From positions 96,001 to 160,000 of the IMG/VR virus record IMGVR_UViG_3300029288_000081: a stretch of DNA of 64,000 nt; one strand, written 5' to 3'. The DNA is from a virus (taxonomy: Duplodnaviria; Caudoviricetes). The position numbers and the translations under genes were made by a program. Every line of letters starts with the position of its first letter. Position 1 is the stretch's first letter. Positions 36,855-44,431 of the stretch are shown here, one piece after another. Below the pieces are notes generated by a model that was not told the DNA's origin, ran no database searches, and saw only the letters and a list, made by a program, of their open reading frames with translations.

Positions 36855-37253
36855 TCAGGTGGGCGGATGGTTGAGGGCGTCGATGGCGGCGAGCGTGGCG
36901 CGAGCGCGCTGAACCCAGCACTCGTCGCCGCGGAATCCGTTGCAGGGAGCGCCGGGAGCAAGGGGGCCGCGCCCGTGGTCGTGGTCGCCTGTCGCTTCGT
37001 ACTTGGCGAGGGCCTCACGGAGGGCAGCGCCGGTAGTCAGGGAGATCAGGGCGCTCAGCCGAGCGATCGCATCGTCCTGCACCAGCGCGGCAACGCGAGG
37101 TCCTCGGCCTCCTGGGCGAGCCAGGCGGCGGGGTCTTGGTCACTCGTTCGCGGGGTCGACATGGTGTTCCTCGGGGAGCTTGGCCTTGGCGGTGTCCAGC
37201 AGGTCGCGCAGGACGACCAGGCTATCTGGCGAGAGGGCGCGAAGGCTGCCCAC
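36855..37253 (-). pseudogene. Possible frameshifted hypothetical gene
   Basis: Protein-like text appears in three successive frames (MGSLRALSPD..., DQDPAAWLAQEAEDL, AALVQDDAIARL...). Confidence 0.3.
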
Positions 37254-37287
37254 CCAGCAAGCAGTGGGCGAACCCCCGGCTCTGTGA

Positions 37288-37467
37288 TCAGGTGCTCAGC
37301 GGCGCGAAGACGTTGATGCCGACCTTGAGCCCGCCGGGGAGCGCAGCGTTGCCGCCGCTCGTTCCGACGATCGTGGTCTTGCCGGTGCCGCTCGGGCGCA
37401 GGCGCTTCTTGAGGTCCACACGCACGATGAGGGTGTCGCCCTCGACCTTGATGTCGCAGTTCTCCAT
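37288..37467 (-). CDS. Small phage protein (59 aa)
   Basis: Manual translation MENCDIKVEGDTLIVRVDLKKRLRPSGTGKTTIVGTSGGN...; GAGGAG RBS and own promoter; not in the ORF track. Confidence 0.8.
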   Translation of the reverse strand: MENCDIKVEGDTLIVRVDLKKRLRPSGTGKTTIVGTSGGNAALPGGLKVGINVFAPLST

Positions 37468-37505
37468 GTCTCTTCTCCTCGTCGAGCGCCCGACAGGGCG
37501 CGTCT

Positions 37506-37542
37506 GTCGAAAGTACCGTAGCCACCGTGGCTACGGTGTCAA
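37506..37542 (-). promoter_or_regulatory. Early promoter with a CTTTCGAC box near +1
   Basis: TTGACA-16nt-TACGGT-A-CTTTCGACAGACGCGCC. Confidence 0.75.
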
Positions 37543-38276
37543 GCAGTGAAGACGTCCTCGATGCGCAGCTCTCGCTCGCGGGGCCAGGAACTCTGCGCCC
37601 GCTCCGTGGCGGCGGCGGCCAAGAGGCGGCGCACCGCGTCGATAGCTTCGGTCTGAGCGCCGGGATCGTTGGAGCCTCGCGCCGACTCTTCGATCTCGTT
37701 GCTGTCCAGAGCCTTGCTGACCTGGACGGCCACCTCGGCGACAAGCTCTGCGTCGAGAGCGGCGAGCCGCTGCTTGTAGCGCACGGCTGCGTTGGCCTCG
37801 GTGAGGACGTGCGACACGGCGCCTTCCAAGAGCCTCGTCGCGAACGCGGTCACCGCCTCGCGCCGGATGGTCTCGCGCTCTTCCAGCGTGGCGGCTTCGA
37901 TGACTGCGGCGACTCGCGGGACCAGCGACTTACCGTATGCGACTGCGGCCTCCTCCGAGACCACCTCGCTCGGCTTGGCCGCCTTGAGCCGGATGCGGAC
38001 CGATACCGTGGAGCACCGCGGAAGGTCGCCGCTGTCGGCACGGTACGCACGGGCGGTGTCGTGCCACATGGCGACACCCACCACGCTCGGACCGACGGCT
38101 GCGCGCAGAGCCAGCATAAGCGGCGTGGTTGGCAGCGTGCGCGGTTCGAGCCCGCGGCCGCGAAGGCCGAGAAAGGGGTGCGGCGCGACGATGACCACGT
38201 CTCGTGCGTAGCGCTTGTTGACGCGGTCGTCGGTGCGCGTGCAGGCGACGACGGTCCAGCCTTCGGGAAGGGTCAT
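37539..38276 (-). CDS. Hypothetical protein (245 aa)
   Basis: AGGAG RBS; helical C-terminal half. Confidence 0.7.
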   Translation of the reverse strand: MTLPEGWTVVACTRTDDRVNKRYARDVVIVAPHPFLGLRGRGLEPRTLPTTPLMLALRAAVGPSVVGVAMWHDTARAYRADSGDLPRCSTVSVRIRLKAAKPSEVVSEEAAVAYGKSLVPRVAAVIEAATLEERETIRREAVTAFATRLLEGAVSHVLTEANAAVRYKQRLAALDAELVAEVAVQVSKALDSNEIEESARGSNDPGAQTEAIDAVRRLLAAAATERAQSSWPRERELRIEDVFTA

Positions 38277-38320
38277 GAGGGGCTCCTGGTCTTGCGGGGT
38301 CGAAAGGGGTCGGGGGGCGA

Positions 38321-38557
38321 TCAGCGCTGCCCGAGTGCGATCCGTCTCGCTTTTTGCTTGTCGATGCCACTGGCGCGGTCGGCCGCAGCGTTCAGCACCT
38401 TCGCGAGGCGCCGTGCCTCGGCAACACTGAGGCTCTGCTCGTCGCCGTCACCGAGACGAAGGCCGATTCCGATCCAGAGCTTTCCTGTCGAAGCCTCGAC
38501 GCCGAACGGTACTGAGACCCGGATCTCTTGAGTGTGCCGGAACTTGAGGGTGGTCAT
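38321..38557 (-). CDS. Hypothetical protein (78 aa)
   Basis: MTTLKFRH..., AAGGA RBS. Confidence 0.65.
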   Translation of the reverse strand: MTTLKFRHTQEIRVSVPFGVEASTGKLWIGIGLRLGDGDEQSLSVAEARRLAKVLNAAADRASGIDKQKARRIALGQR

Positions 38558-38748
38558 TGGTGGTTCCTTTCGAGCGCAGGGCTCGCAGAAGCGGGTCAGT
38601 TGGCAGCGCTTGCACGCTCTCCGCTGGTCACAGGTCCTCCGCGGGCAGGTCGGTGATAGCCTCGTCGGCGAGGTGCGACAGGTCTCGTCCGAGGACGCCC
38701 ACCACGCGCCGGATGGCACGGGCAACCTCCTCCGAGGTACCTCCGGGG

Positions 38749-38982
38749 TCAGCCGTTCAGCCAGTAGTTGATCAGGTCGAGCCGGAACCGAAGAGCATCG
38801 GACTCCTCGGCGAAGTAGGCGACGATCGAGTCAGTGCTTGTCGAGACGGCGTTCCAGCCCTCGGGCCCCTGGTCGTTCTCCCACATCCCGGGACCGTGGA
38901 CCTGGACGTCTTCGAGCGCCTCGTCGAGGTTCGTGACGTGTTCGGGGCGTGCCCAGCGCTTCGAGGTGATGGTCGTGTTCAT
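38749..38982 (-). CDS. Hypothetical protein (77 aa)
   Basis: GGAGG RBS. Confidence 0.7.
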   Translation of the reverse strand: MNTTITSKRWARPEHVTNLDEALEDVQVHGPGMWENDQGPEGWNAVSTSTDSIVAYFAEESDALRFRLDLINYWLNG

Positions 38983-39200
38983 GATGCACCTCCGGTCAGT
39001 CGGTCCAGGTCGCCCACGACGCGCTCGTAGAGCGGCCGAGCGTAGGGCGCAGCGTGCAGAGCAGGCTCAGCCTCCGCGAGCGCGCAGAGCGCAGCGTCCA
39101 GGGCCTGGGCGGCGCGAGCATGCTCCCCGCGCGAGGTCCAGCCGCGGGCGCGGGCCGCCTCGGCGGCCGCGCGCTCGATGATCGTCAGGGCGCAGCCCAT
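38979..39200 (-). CDS. Hypothetical protein (73 aa)
   Basis: GGAGG RBS; ATGA overlap. Confidence 0.6.
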   Translation of the reverse strand: MGCALTIIERAAAEAARARGWTSRGEHARAAQALDAALCALAEAEPALHAAPYARPLYERVVGDLDRLTGGAS

Positions 39201-39203
39201 GGC

Positions 39204-39734
39204 TCAGCCCTCCTTGGTGGCGTCGTCGGTGCCGAGCTGAGAGAGCGCCTCTCCCAGCAGCTCGGCGAGAATCTCGCAGAGCCCGACCAGCTCGGTGCCG
39301 GCCTCGCGGACGCCATCGGTGTCGACGTCGGTCTCCTCGGGGTCGATGAAGCTGTGGCCGCTGTAGTCGTCGATGAACTTGGAGATTTCGGACAGGCTGT
39401 CGCTGTCGCTCGGGACCTCGATCGTCTCGCGGCGCGCGTTCTTGCGCGCGATCACGGTGACCTCGTCGCAGAGGTTGTCGATCGACCGACTCGACCTGTC
39501 GACGTCACGCAGCGCGCTCTTCGCACGCTTGAGCAGCGCGATGAGGTTCTCGGAGTCGGCGTCCACGGTGAGCGCGGCCGCAACGCTCGCGGCGCTCGCA
39601 CGCTGCTCGGCGAGGGCACGCTCGTAGCCGGCGCGCTCGGCGGCGCGGATCGCCTCCGCGACGATCTCGCTTGCGGTGCGCTGGGCGGCCTCGACGGCCG
39701 CGGGAAGAATCGACAGGGGGTCGGTGGTGGTCAT
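39204..39734 (-). CDS. Hypothetical helical protein (176 aa)
   Basis: Start re-called at MTTTDPL, GGAG RBS, own promoter. Confidence 0.7.
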   Translation of the reverse strand: MTTTDPLSILPAAVEAAQRTASEIVAEAIRAAERAGYERALAEQRASAASVAAALTVDADSENLIALLKRAKSALRDVDRSSRSIDNLCDEVTVIARKNARRETIEVPSDSDSLSEISKFIDDYSGHSFIDPEETDVDTDGVREAGTELVGLCEILAELLGEALSQLGTDDATKEG

Positions 39735-39786
39735 GGCGCTCTCCGGGTTCCGGGTGGGCGCGGCGTCTGCCGCGTCTCGTACCAGC

Positions 39787-39829
39787 ACGATAAGGTCTGT
39801 CAGACAGTCGTCAAGGGGTGCGTCGAAAG
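39787..39829 (-). promoter_or_regulatory. Early promoter with an upstream CTTTCGAC box
   Basis: CTTTCGAC...TTGACG-16nt-TATCGT. Confidence 0.7.
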
Positions 39830-40003
39830 ATTGTCGTCGGTGCTGCTGTCGTCGGCGCCCAGGTCGGCGCCCAGGTACTCCGCGAGCACGCGCTCGCGCA
39901 GCTGCCGGCGGGTGCTCTGCTCGCGCCGCTCGGAGCGGTCGACGTGCGGGCCTGCGCCCGTGCGACGCGCGGCGGTCTGCGCCATCCACGACCGGCGGGT
40001 CAT
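39800..40003 (-). CDS. Hypothetical protein (67 aa)
   Basis: MTRRSWMAQ...; ATGA overlap. Confidence 0.5.
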   Translation of the reverse strand: MTRRSWMAQTAARRTGAGPHVDRSERREQSTRRQLRERVLAEYLGADLGADDSSTDDNLSTHPLTTV

Positions 40004-40431
40004 GACTCCCTCGGCGTTCTCGCCCACACGGTCATGGCCGCGTCGTCGTTGAGAGGGGCGCCCAGCACCTGGGCGATCGCGCAGGCGACGTAGCCTTCGA
40101 GCACGGCCCCGCCGAGGGTCATGCCGGGACGCACGAGGCGGCGGCGCCGCAGCGACCAGCCGAGCAGGTACGGCTCGGCGCCGGTGCCGGCGTTGACCCC
40201 GCGGCGTGCCCGCTCGGCGGCCTCGTCGGCGTACGCGCGGATCGCCTCCTCCAGGGCCTCTCCCGCCTCCTCGGCCCTGGCCTCGGCCTCGTGTGCTCGG
40301 CGGCAGTCGTGCTCCGTCCGGCAAGTGCTCGCGTCGATCGAGCGGCGCGCGGACGCGTCGATCGCTTGCTCCCACGCGCGGAGCCGGCTGGCGAGGGTCT
40401 CGGGGAACGGGGTGGGGGTACTGGTCGTCAC
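40000..40431 (-). CDS. Hypothetical protein (143 aa)
   Basis: GGAGG RBS; GTGA overlap. Confidence 0.65.
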   Translation of the reverse strand: MTTSTPTPFPETLASRLRAWEQAIDASARRSIDASTCRTEHDCRRAHEAEARAEEAGEALEEAIRAYADEAAERARRGVNAGTGAEPYLLGWSLRRRRLVRPGMTLGGAVLEGYVACAIAQVLGAPLNDDAAMTVWARTPRES

Positions 40432-40841
40432 GGGGCCTCCTCGGTGGCGGGGTCCAGGCTGCTCAGGTCGGCGCGCTCGGCGCGCAGGTCGTCATCGAGC
40501 TGCCCCATGGCGCCCGCGACCATGTCATCGAAGTAGCCGTCTGCGCGGAAGGTCGCCTCGTCGGTGTAGGAGCACGCTCCGAGGTGGCTGCTGGCGTGGT
40601 ACGTGCGGCCGCTCGGCGCGGTCCAGGCGACGCGTACGCAGACCGAGCACCACGCCCACTGGTTGCCCGCGTCCAGGTCGGCGAGGATCGCGTCCTCGGT
40701 CGCTCGGTCGGCCGCGTCGTCGCCGCTGGCCATGGCGTTGCCGCGCACCGGCAGGTCTTCCGGCTGGCACTCGACGGTGACGGTGACGTCGCGCTCTGCT
40801 CCGAGCAGCGTGCAGCGGACGGTGGTAGCGGGGGTCGTCAT
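40428..40841 (-). CDS. Hypothetical protein (137 aa)
   Basis: Start re-called at MTTPATT, GAGGAG RBS. Confidence 0.7.
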   Translation of the reverse strand: MTTPATTVRCTLLGAERDVTVTVECQPEDLPVRGNAMASGDDAADRATEDAILADLDAGNQWAWCSVCVRVAWTAPSGRTYHASSHLGACSYTDEATFRADGYFDDMVAGAMGQLDDDLRAERADLSSLDPATEEAP

Positions 40842-41113
40842 GGGGTGCTCCTCAGCGCGTGCAGCGCGGTCCAGTAGACGCGTCCGGTCTCGTGCTCGCG
40901 GACGCGGATGTCGCAGAGCCCTGGGCCCGGCTCGTACACCTCCACGGTGACGGCTCGCCCGGTCTGGACGTCGTATCCGTCGCGCCCGACCACGGGCTCG
41001 CGGTCGCCGCAGATCAGGCACGTCGCCCGCCCGTGGAACCGCTCGCCCCATGCGTGGGGGCACGGTCCGCGGTCCGCGCCGCCGCGCATGTCGATCTCGT
41101 CGCTGATGGTCAT
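40838..41113 (-). CDS. Hypothetical protein (91 aa)
   Basis: MTISDEIDMR...; CPH...CLIC. Confidence 0.6.
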   Translation of the reverse strand: MTISDEIDMRGGADRGPCPHAWGERFHGRATCLICGDREPVVGRDGYDVQTGRAVTVEVYEPGPGLCDIRVREHETGRVYWTALHALRSTP

Positions 41114-41211
41114 GGGAGCCTCGTGGTGGTGGTCAGGGGGGGTCCGCAGGGTGGGCCTATGCGCGAGCCGGTGGCTCGTGCGCAGGCCCACGCCGCGGGC
41201 GCGTGGGGGCG

Positions 41212-41979
41212 TCACAGGCCCATCTTGTCCCAGCACTCCGGTCCGATGCCGCGCGCGACCGAGAGGGGGTCGGTCAGGTCGCGCCCGCACCGGCCGCAGG
41301 TGCCGTCGTGGTAGACCTCGACCGAGTCGAGGCTGCCGCCGCCGAGGAGGCGGGTGAAGTACCACGAGGCTGCCGCCGCCGAGGGCGCGTCCGGCCCGAT
41401 GCGACTGCGCGAGCCGTGCTCGTAGCGGTGGTGCGGCCTGAGAACGAGCGAGCCGAGGTAGGTGAAGTCGCGCGAGTTGTCGGCGCCGGTCAGGACGGCC
41501 ACGAAGAGCCGGTCGCTGGCCTCGGCGATGCCCGTCGCGTTGCACGAGCGGCACGGGTAGCCGCTGCGCCCCTGCCAGTTGCCGGTCCCGTCGCAGCGCT
41601 TGCAGGGGCCGCCGACCTTGCCGGACGGGGGCGCGGCGCGGTAGGTGTAGCGCTTGCCGCTGGCGCGTGAGACGAGCGTGAAGCGGCCGGCGTGCGCGTG
41701 GCCGCTCGCGTCCACACGTCCCGCGAGGATGTAGCGCAGCTGCTCCTCGCGCGTTGCGAGCACGCCCGGGGCCGCGACGAGCGGCGTCGCGTCCTCGCGC
41801 GAGACGTCGGGAGTCGCGGGGGCCTCCGCGGGAGGCGCCTTGGCGCGGCGCGGGGCGCGGCGGACGCGGGGCGGGTGGGCGCACGACGCGTGTGCGGCGG
41901 ACCACTCCTCGGAGAGGGCGGCCTCTGCCTCGGCGCGCTCTGCGTCGAGGGTGGCGGAGATCAGGGAAGCATCGGTCAC
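41212..41979 (-). CDS. DUF6011-like zinc-finger protein with an inserted CxxCxGxG motif pair
   Basis: CGRCGRDLTDPLSVARGIGPEC; CKRCDGTG...CRSCNATG; first gene of the left arm. Confidence 0.75.
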   Translation of the reverse strand: MTDASLISATLDAERAEAEAALSEEWSAAHASCAHPPRVRRAPRRAKAPPAEAPATPDVSREDATPLVAAPGVLATREEQLRYILAGRVDASGHAHAGRFTLVSRASGKRYTYRAAPPSGKVGGPCKRCDGTGNWQGRSGYPCRSCNATGIAEASDRLFVAVLTGADNSRDFTYLGSLVLRPHHRYEHGSRSRIGPDAPSAAAASWYFTRLLGGGSLDSVEVYHDGTCGRCGRDLTDPLSVARGIGPECWDKMGL

Positions 41980-42027
41980 GGGGTCCTCCGGTGCGGCCGG
42001 CTGGCCGCGACTCAGGTTGCAGGGGGC

Positions 42028-42055
42028 AGGATAGGAACGGGTCAGGCGGTGTCAA
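42028..42055 (-). promoter_or_regulatory. Early promoter (copy 1 of a ~50-bp duplicated element)
   Basis: GACCCCCC-TTGACA-16nt-TATCCT. Confidence 0.75.
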
Positions 42056-42468
42056 GGGGGGTCAGTGCGGATCACTCGAAGGTCGGCGTGTGTGACCAAC
42101 GCGCGAGGGTTTCCCGTCGCGTGCTCGTCGCACCCGCTGATCTCGCCCCGTCGGGGCGTCCCGGCTCACCGGGCATAGGTAGAGCGTCCCGGACCGGATG
42201 ACATGCCATCCGTCCAGGCCCGCGGGACAGCGAAGTGATCCGCCGGTACGCGCCCTGACCACAGTCCCATCGAGCCCGGGGAATCCCAACCGCCCCCGAG
42301 GGAGCGATGTGCCGTAACCGGCGCCGGGTCGATCGTCGGTGGCGCACTCAGTGCGGCCGACAGGAACGGGTACAGTGCTCTCCCAAGCGGGCCTCGCCGC
42401 GATTCCGCGGGTCGCCCTGTCAACGGCTTTCGCCGGCCACCGCAGGTCAAGCCCCGGTGGCAGGGGAG

Positions 42469-42496
42469 AGCATAGGCACGGTCCAGGAGGGGTCAA
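42469..42496 (-). promoter_or_regulatory. Early promoter (copy 2)
   Basis: GACCCCCC-TTGACC-16nt-TATGCT. Confidence 0.7.
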
Positions 42497-42789
42497 GGGG
42501 GGTCATGTCGATTCTTCCCGGACCCCTCCGCACCTTCCCGTCCCCGCACGCCCCGCACGTAGCAGGCCCCGTGCCAACCCGGACCGGACCCGGGCTGACC
42601 CGGACGGACACAAACCGTGCCAATCGCGCAGGCGGCCGCGAAAGCCCGGGAAGGTACCAGATGACCCCCGATGCTCCTCGAGCCGTCTAGGCCCCCCCCG
42701 CGGGCCTGGAATCGCGCAATATGTGACCATATGTTTCCTTCCAAAACCCTTACGCCACGTTCCGTGCCAACGCGTAGACTCGCAGGGTT

Positions 42790-43075
42790 CCTGCGGGGCC
42801 TCCGCGGGGCCTTCCGCGGGGCCTCGGCGGGTCTCCGCGGGCCCGCCCCGGGCTCGGCCGGGCCTCGGCCCGGTCGCCGCGGGCCCTGGGCCGGCCGGCT
42901 CGTGCGCCTCGCGTGCGGGCCGGGTGCGCCTCGCGCGGCCTGCGCGCCTCGCGCGGGCGAGAGCGCCTCCTCGACGCTGCGCCTCGCGCGCAGCGGGCCC
43001 CTGGCGCGCCCTGGCGGCCGCTCGCGGCGGCCGCGGCCCGGGGGCCAGGCGGACCTGGGCCCCGAGGTGTCCGAC
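42790..43075. repeat. Very GC-rich low-complexity tract with imperfect short tandem repeats
   Basis: GGGGCCTCCGC / GGGGCCTTCCGC / GGGGCCTCGGC / GGGTCTCCGC, and repeated GCGCCTCGCG. Confidence 0.6.
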
Positions 43076-43193
43076 CCCGCGGGAGCTGGGTGCCCAGGTC
43101 CAACCGCCGTTATTCGCAGCGCGCGGGCTGCGCTCTGCCAGCCAGCTTCTAAGGCCTACAGGTCGGCAACTGCTGCTGATAAAAACTACGTGG

Positions 43194-43222
43194 TTGCCAG
43201 TGTGATCGGCAGTCCGTAGGGT
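43194..43222 (+). promoter_or_regulatory. Rightward sigma70-like promoter, probably giving a leaderless transcript
   Basis: TTGCCA-17nt-TAGGGT-7nt-ATG(43230). Confidence 0.7.
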
Positions 43223-43229
43223 GCCGCGC

Positions 43230-43760
43230 ATGGGTGGAGTTCACGACAGCGATGCAGCGGGCGTCTTCGACCCGCACAACCAGGGCGAGCAGCCGGGCGA
43301 CCTCAGCGAAAGCGAGCTGGGCCACCGGGGCCAAGCGCCGATGGAGATCGACTCCTCGCGCTACTACAAGACGGAGTACGTGGCAGTCGGCGTGGGCGCC
43401 GATGGAATGCCCAGGATCGGCGGCGATGGTCCTCCAGAGCCGGAAGCAGGCCTGACGGACGACAACTTCATCTGCGCGGAGTCCGAGGACGGGACGCGGC
43501 CCGAGTGCGTCCACCTCGTGACCCTCGTGCTACCCGCCGACGGTCACGCGAAGGGCTTCGCCGAGCTTCGGCAGATCCGCCAGTTCTGCCGCTGGCTCGC
43601 CACTGGCTCCGAGCAGTGGGAGCACCGTGGCAACGTCTACGGCTGCAACGCTCGCAGCCCCCAAGACCTGGTCTCGTTGCGGATCATCCGCGACTTCCGG
43701 ACCAAGCAGAAGCAGTTGGCCGCCGAGACGGCAGAGAAGAGCGGCAAGCTCGATTTCTGA
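43230..43760 (+). CDS. Hypothetical protein (176 aa, four spaced Cys)
   Basis: Start re-called at the ATG sitting at the promoter +1. Confidence 0.75.
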   Translation: MGGVHDSDAAGVFDPHNQGEQPGDLSESELGHRGQAPMEIDSSRYYKTEYVAVGVGADGMPRIGGDGPPEPEAGLTDDNFICAESEDGTRPECVHLVTLVLPADGHAKGFAELRQIRQFCRWLATGSEQWEHRGNVYGCNARSPQDLVSLRIIRDFRTKQKQLAAETAEKSGKLDF

Positions 43761-43807
43761 CGATCAGTGGCCTGGGCGCCTGGGTAGCAAAACGAGGAGA
43801 GAACGAG

Positions 43808-44431
43808 ATGGCCGACAACGACCGTGACGACGTGGTGCAGCTTCCGCCCGCCTTCCTGAAGTTCCAGGGGCAGCTCAAGGCGGACAAGAAGACTCTGATG
43901 CGCGACAAGGCGTACGCGCAGAGCCCCGAGCAGCTCAGGGCGTTCATCGGAACGCACCTGTTCCAGCGGCTCGACGAGTTCGTGCAGCTGATGGGGCTCG
44001 CCCTCTACGACACCTACGGGCTGGCGGTGTCGAGCGAGAACCAGATCCAGCGCATGCGCGCGGTCTACGGCAAGGCGCTGGCCAAGCTGGGCGCCGACGT
44101 CGATGGCGAAGAGGGAGATCTGCCGGGCGTGAGCCCCGAGGTCCTGGACGAGTTCCAGCAGTATTTCTTCGCGCTCGGGTCGCTGCTCCAGAAGCGCCTG
44201 CCCGACGACAAGGAGGTCGAGGCCGCGTTCAACAAGTGCGCGGAGGCCCTCGGTGACATGGTCGCCGACCTGCTCGGCGAGGACGAGGACGACGAGGACG
44301 ACGACGAGGACGAGGACGAGGACGAAGGGCGAGACCTGGAGCACGAGCCGGGGCGTTCGGGCAAGCCGAAGGCGGAGCCGAAGGCGGAGCCGAAGGAGCC
44401 CGAGGTGAAGCCGGACGAGGAAGGCTCGTGA
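43808..44431 (+). CDS. Hypothetical helical protein with an acidic tail (207 aa)
   Basis: MADNDRDD..., GAGGAG RBS, D/E run and PKAE repeats. Confidence 0.8.
   Translation: MADNDRDDVVQLPPAFLKFQGQLKADKKTLMRDKAYAQSPEQLRAFIGTHLFQRLDEFVQLMGLALYDTYGLAVSSENQIQRMRAVYGKALAKLGADVDGEEGDLPGVSPEVLDEFQQYFFALGSLLQKRLPDDKEVEAAFNKCAEALGDMVADLLGEDEDDEDDDEDEDEDEGRDLEHEPGRSGKPKAEPKAEPKEPEVKPDEEGS

Noticed and set aside
1-42000. Long plus-strand ORFs (e.g. 3582..5228, 8157..10262, 14138..15901, 34302..35867)
   Set aside because: Antisense shadows of well-supported minus-strand genes in high-GC DNA; no motifs or RBS
42062-43231. ORFs in the control region (42339..43205, 42503..43231, 42671..43219)
   Set aside because: Low-complexity R/A/G/P translations of a GC-rich tract that lacks stop codons
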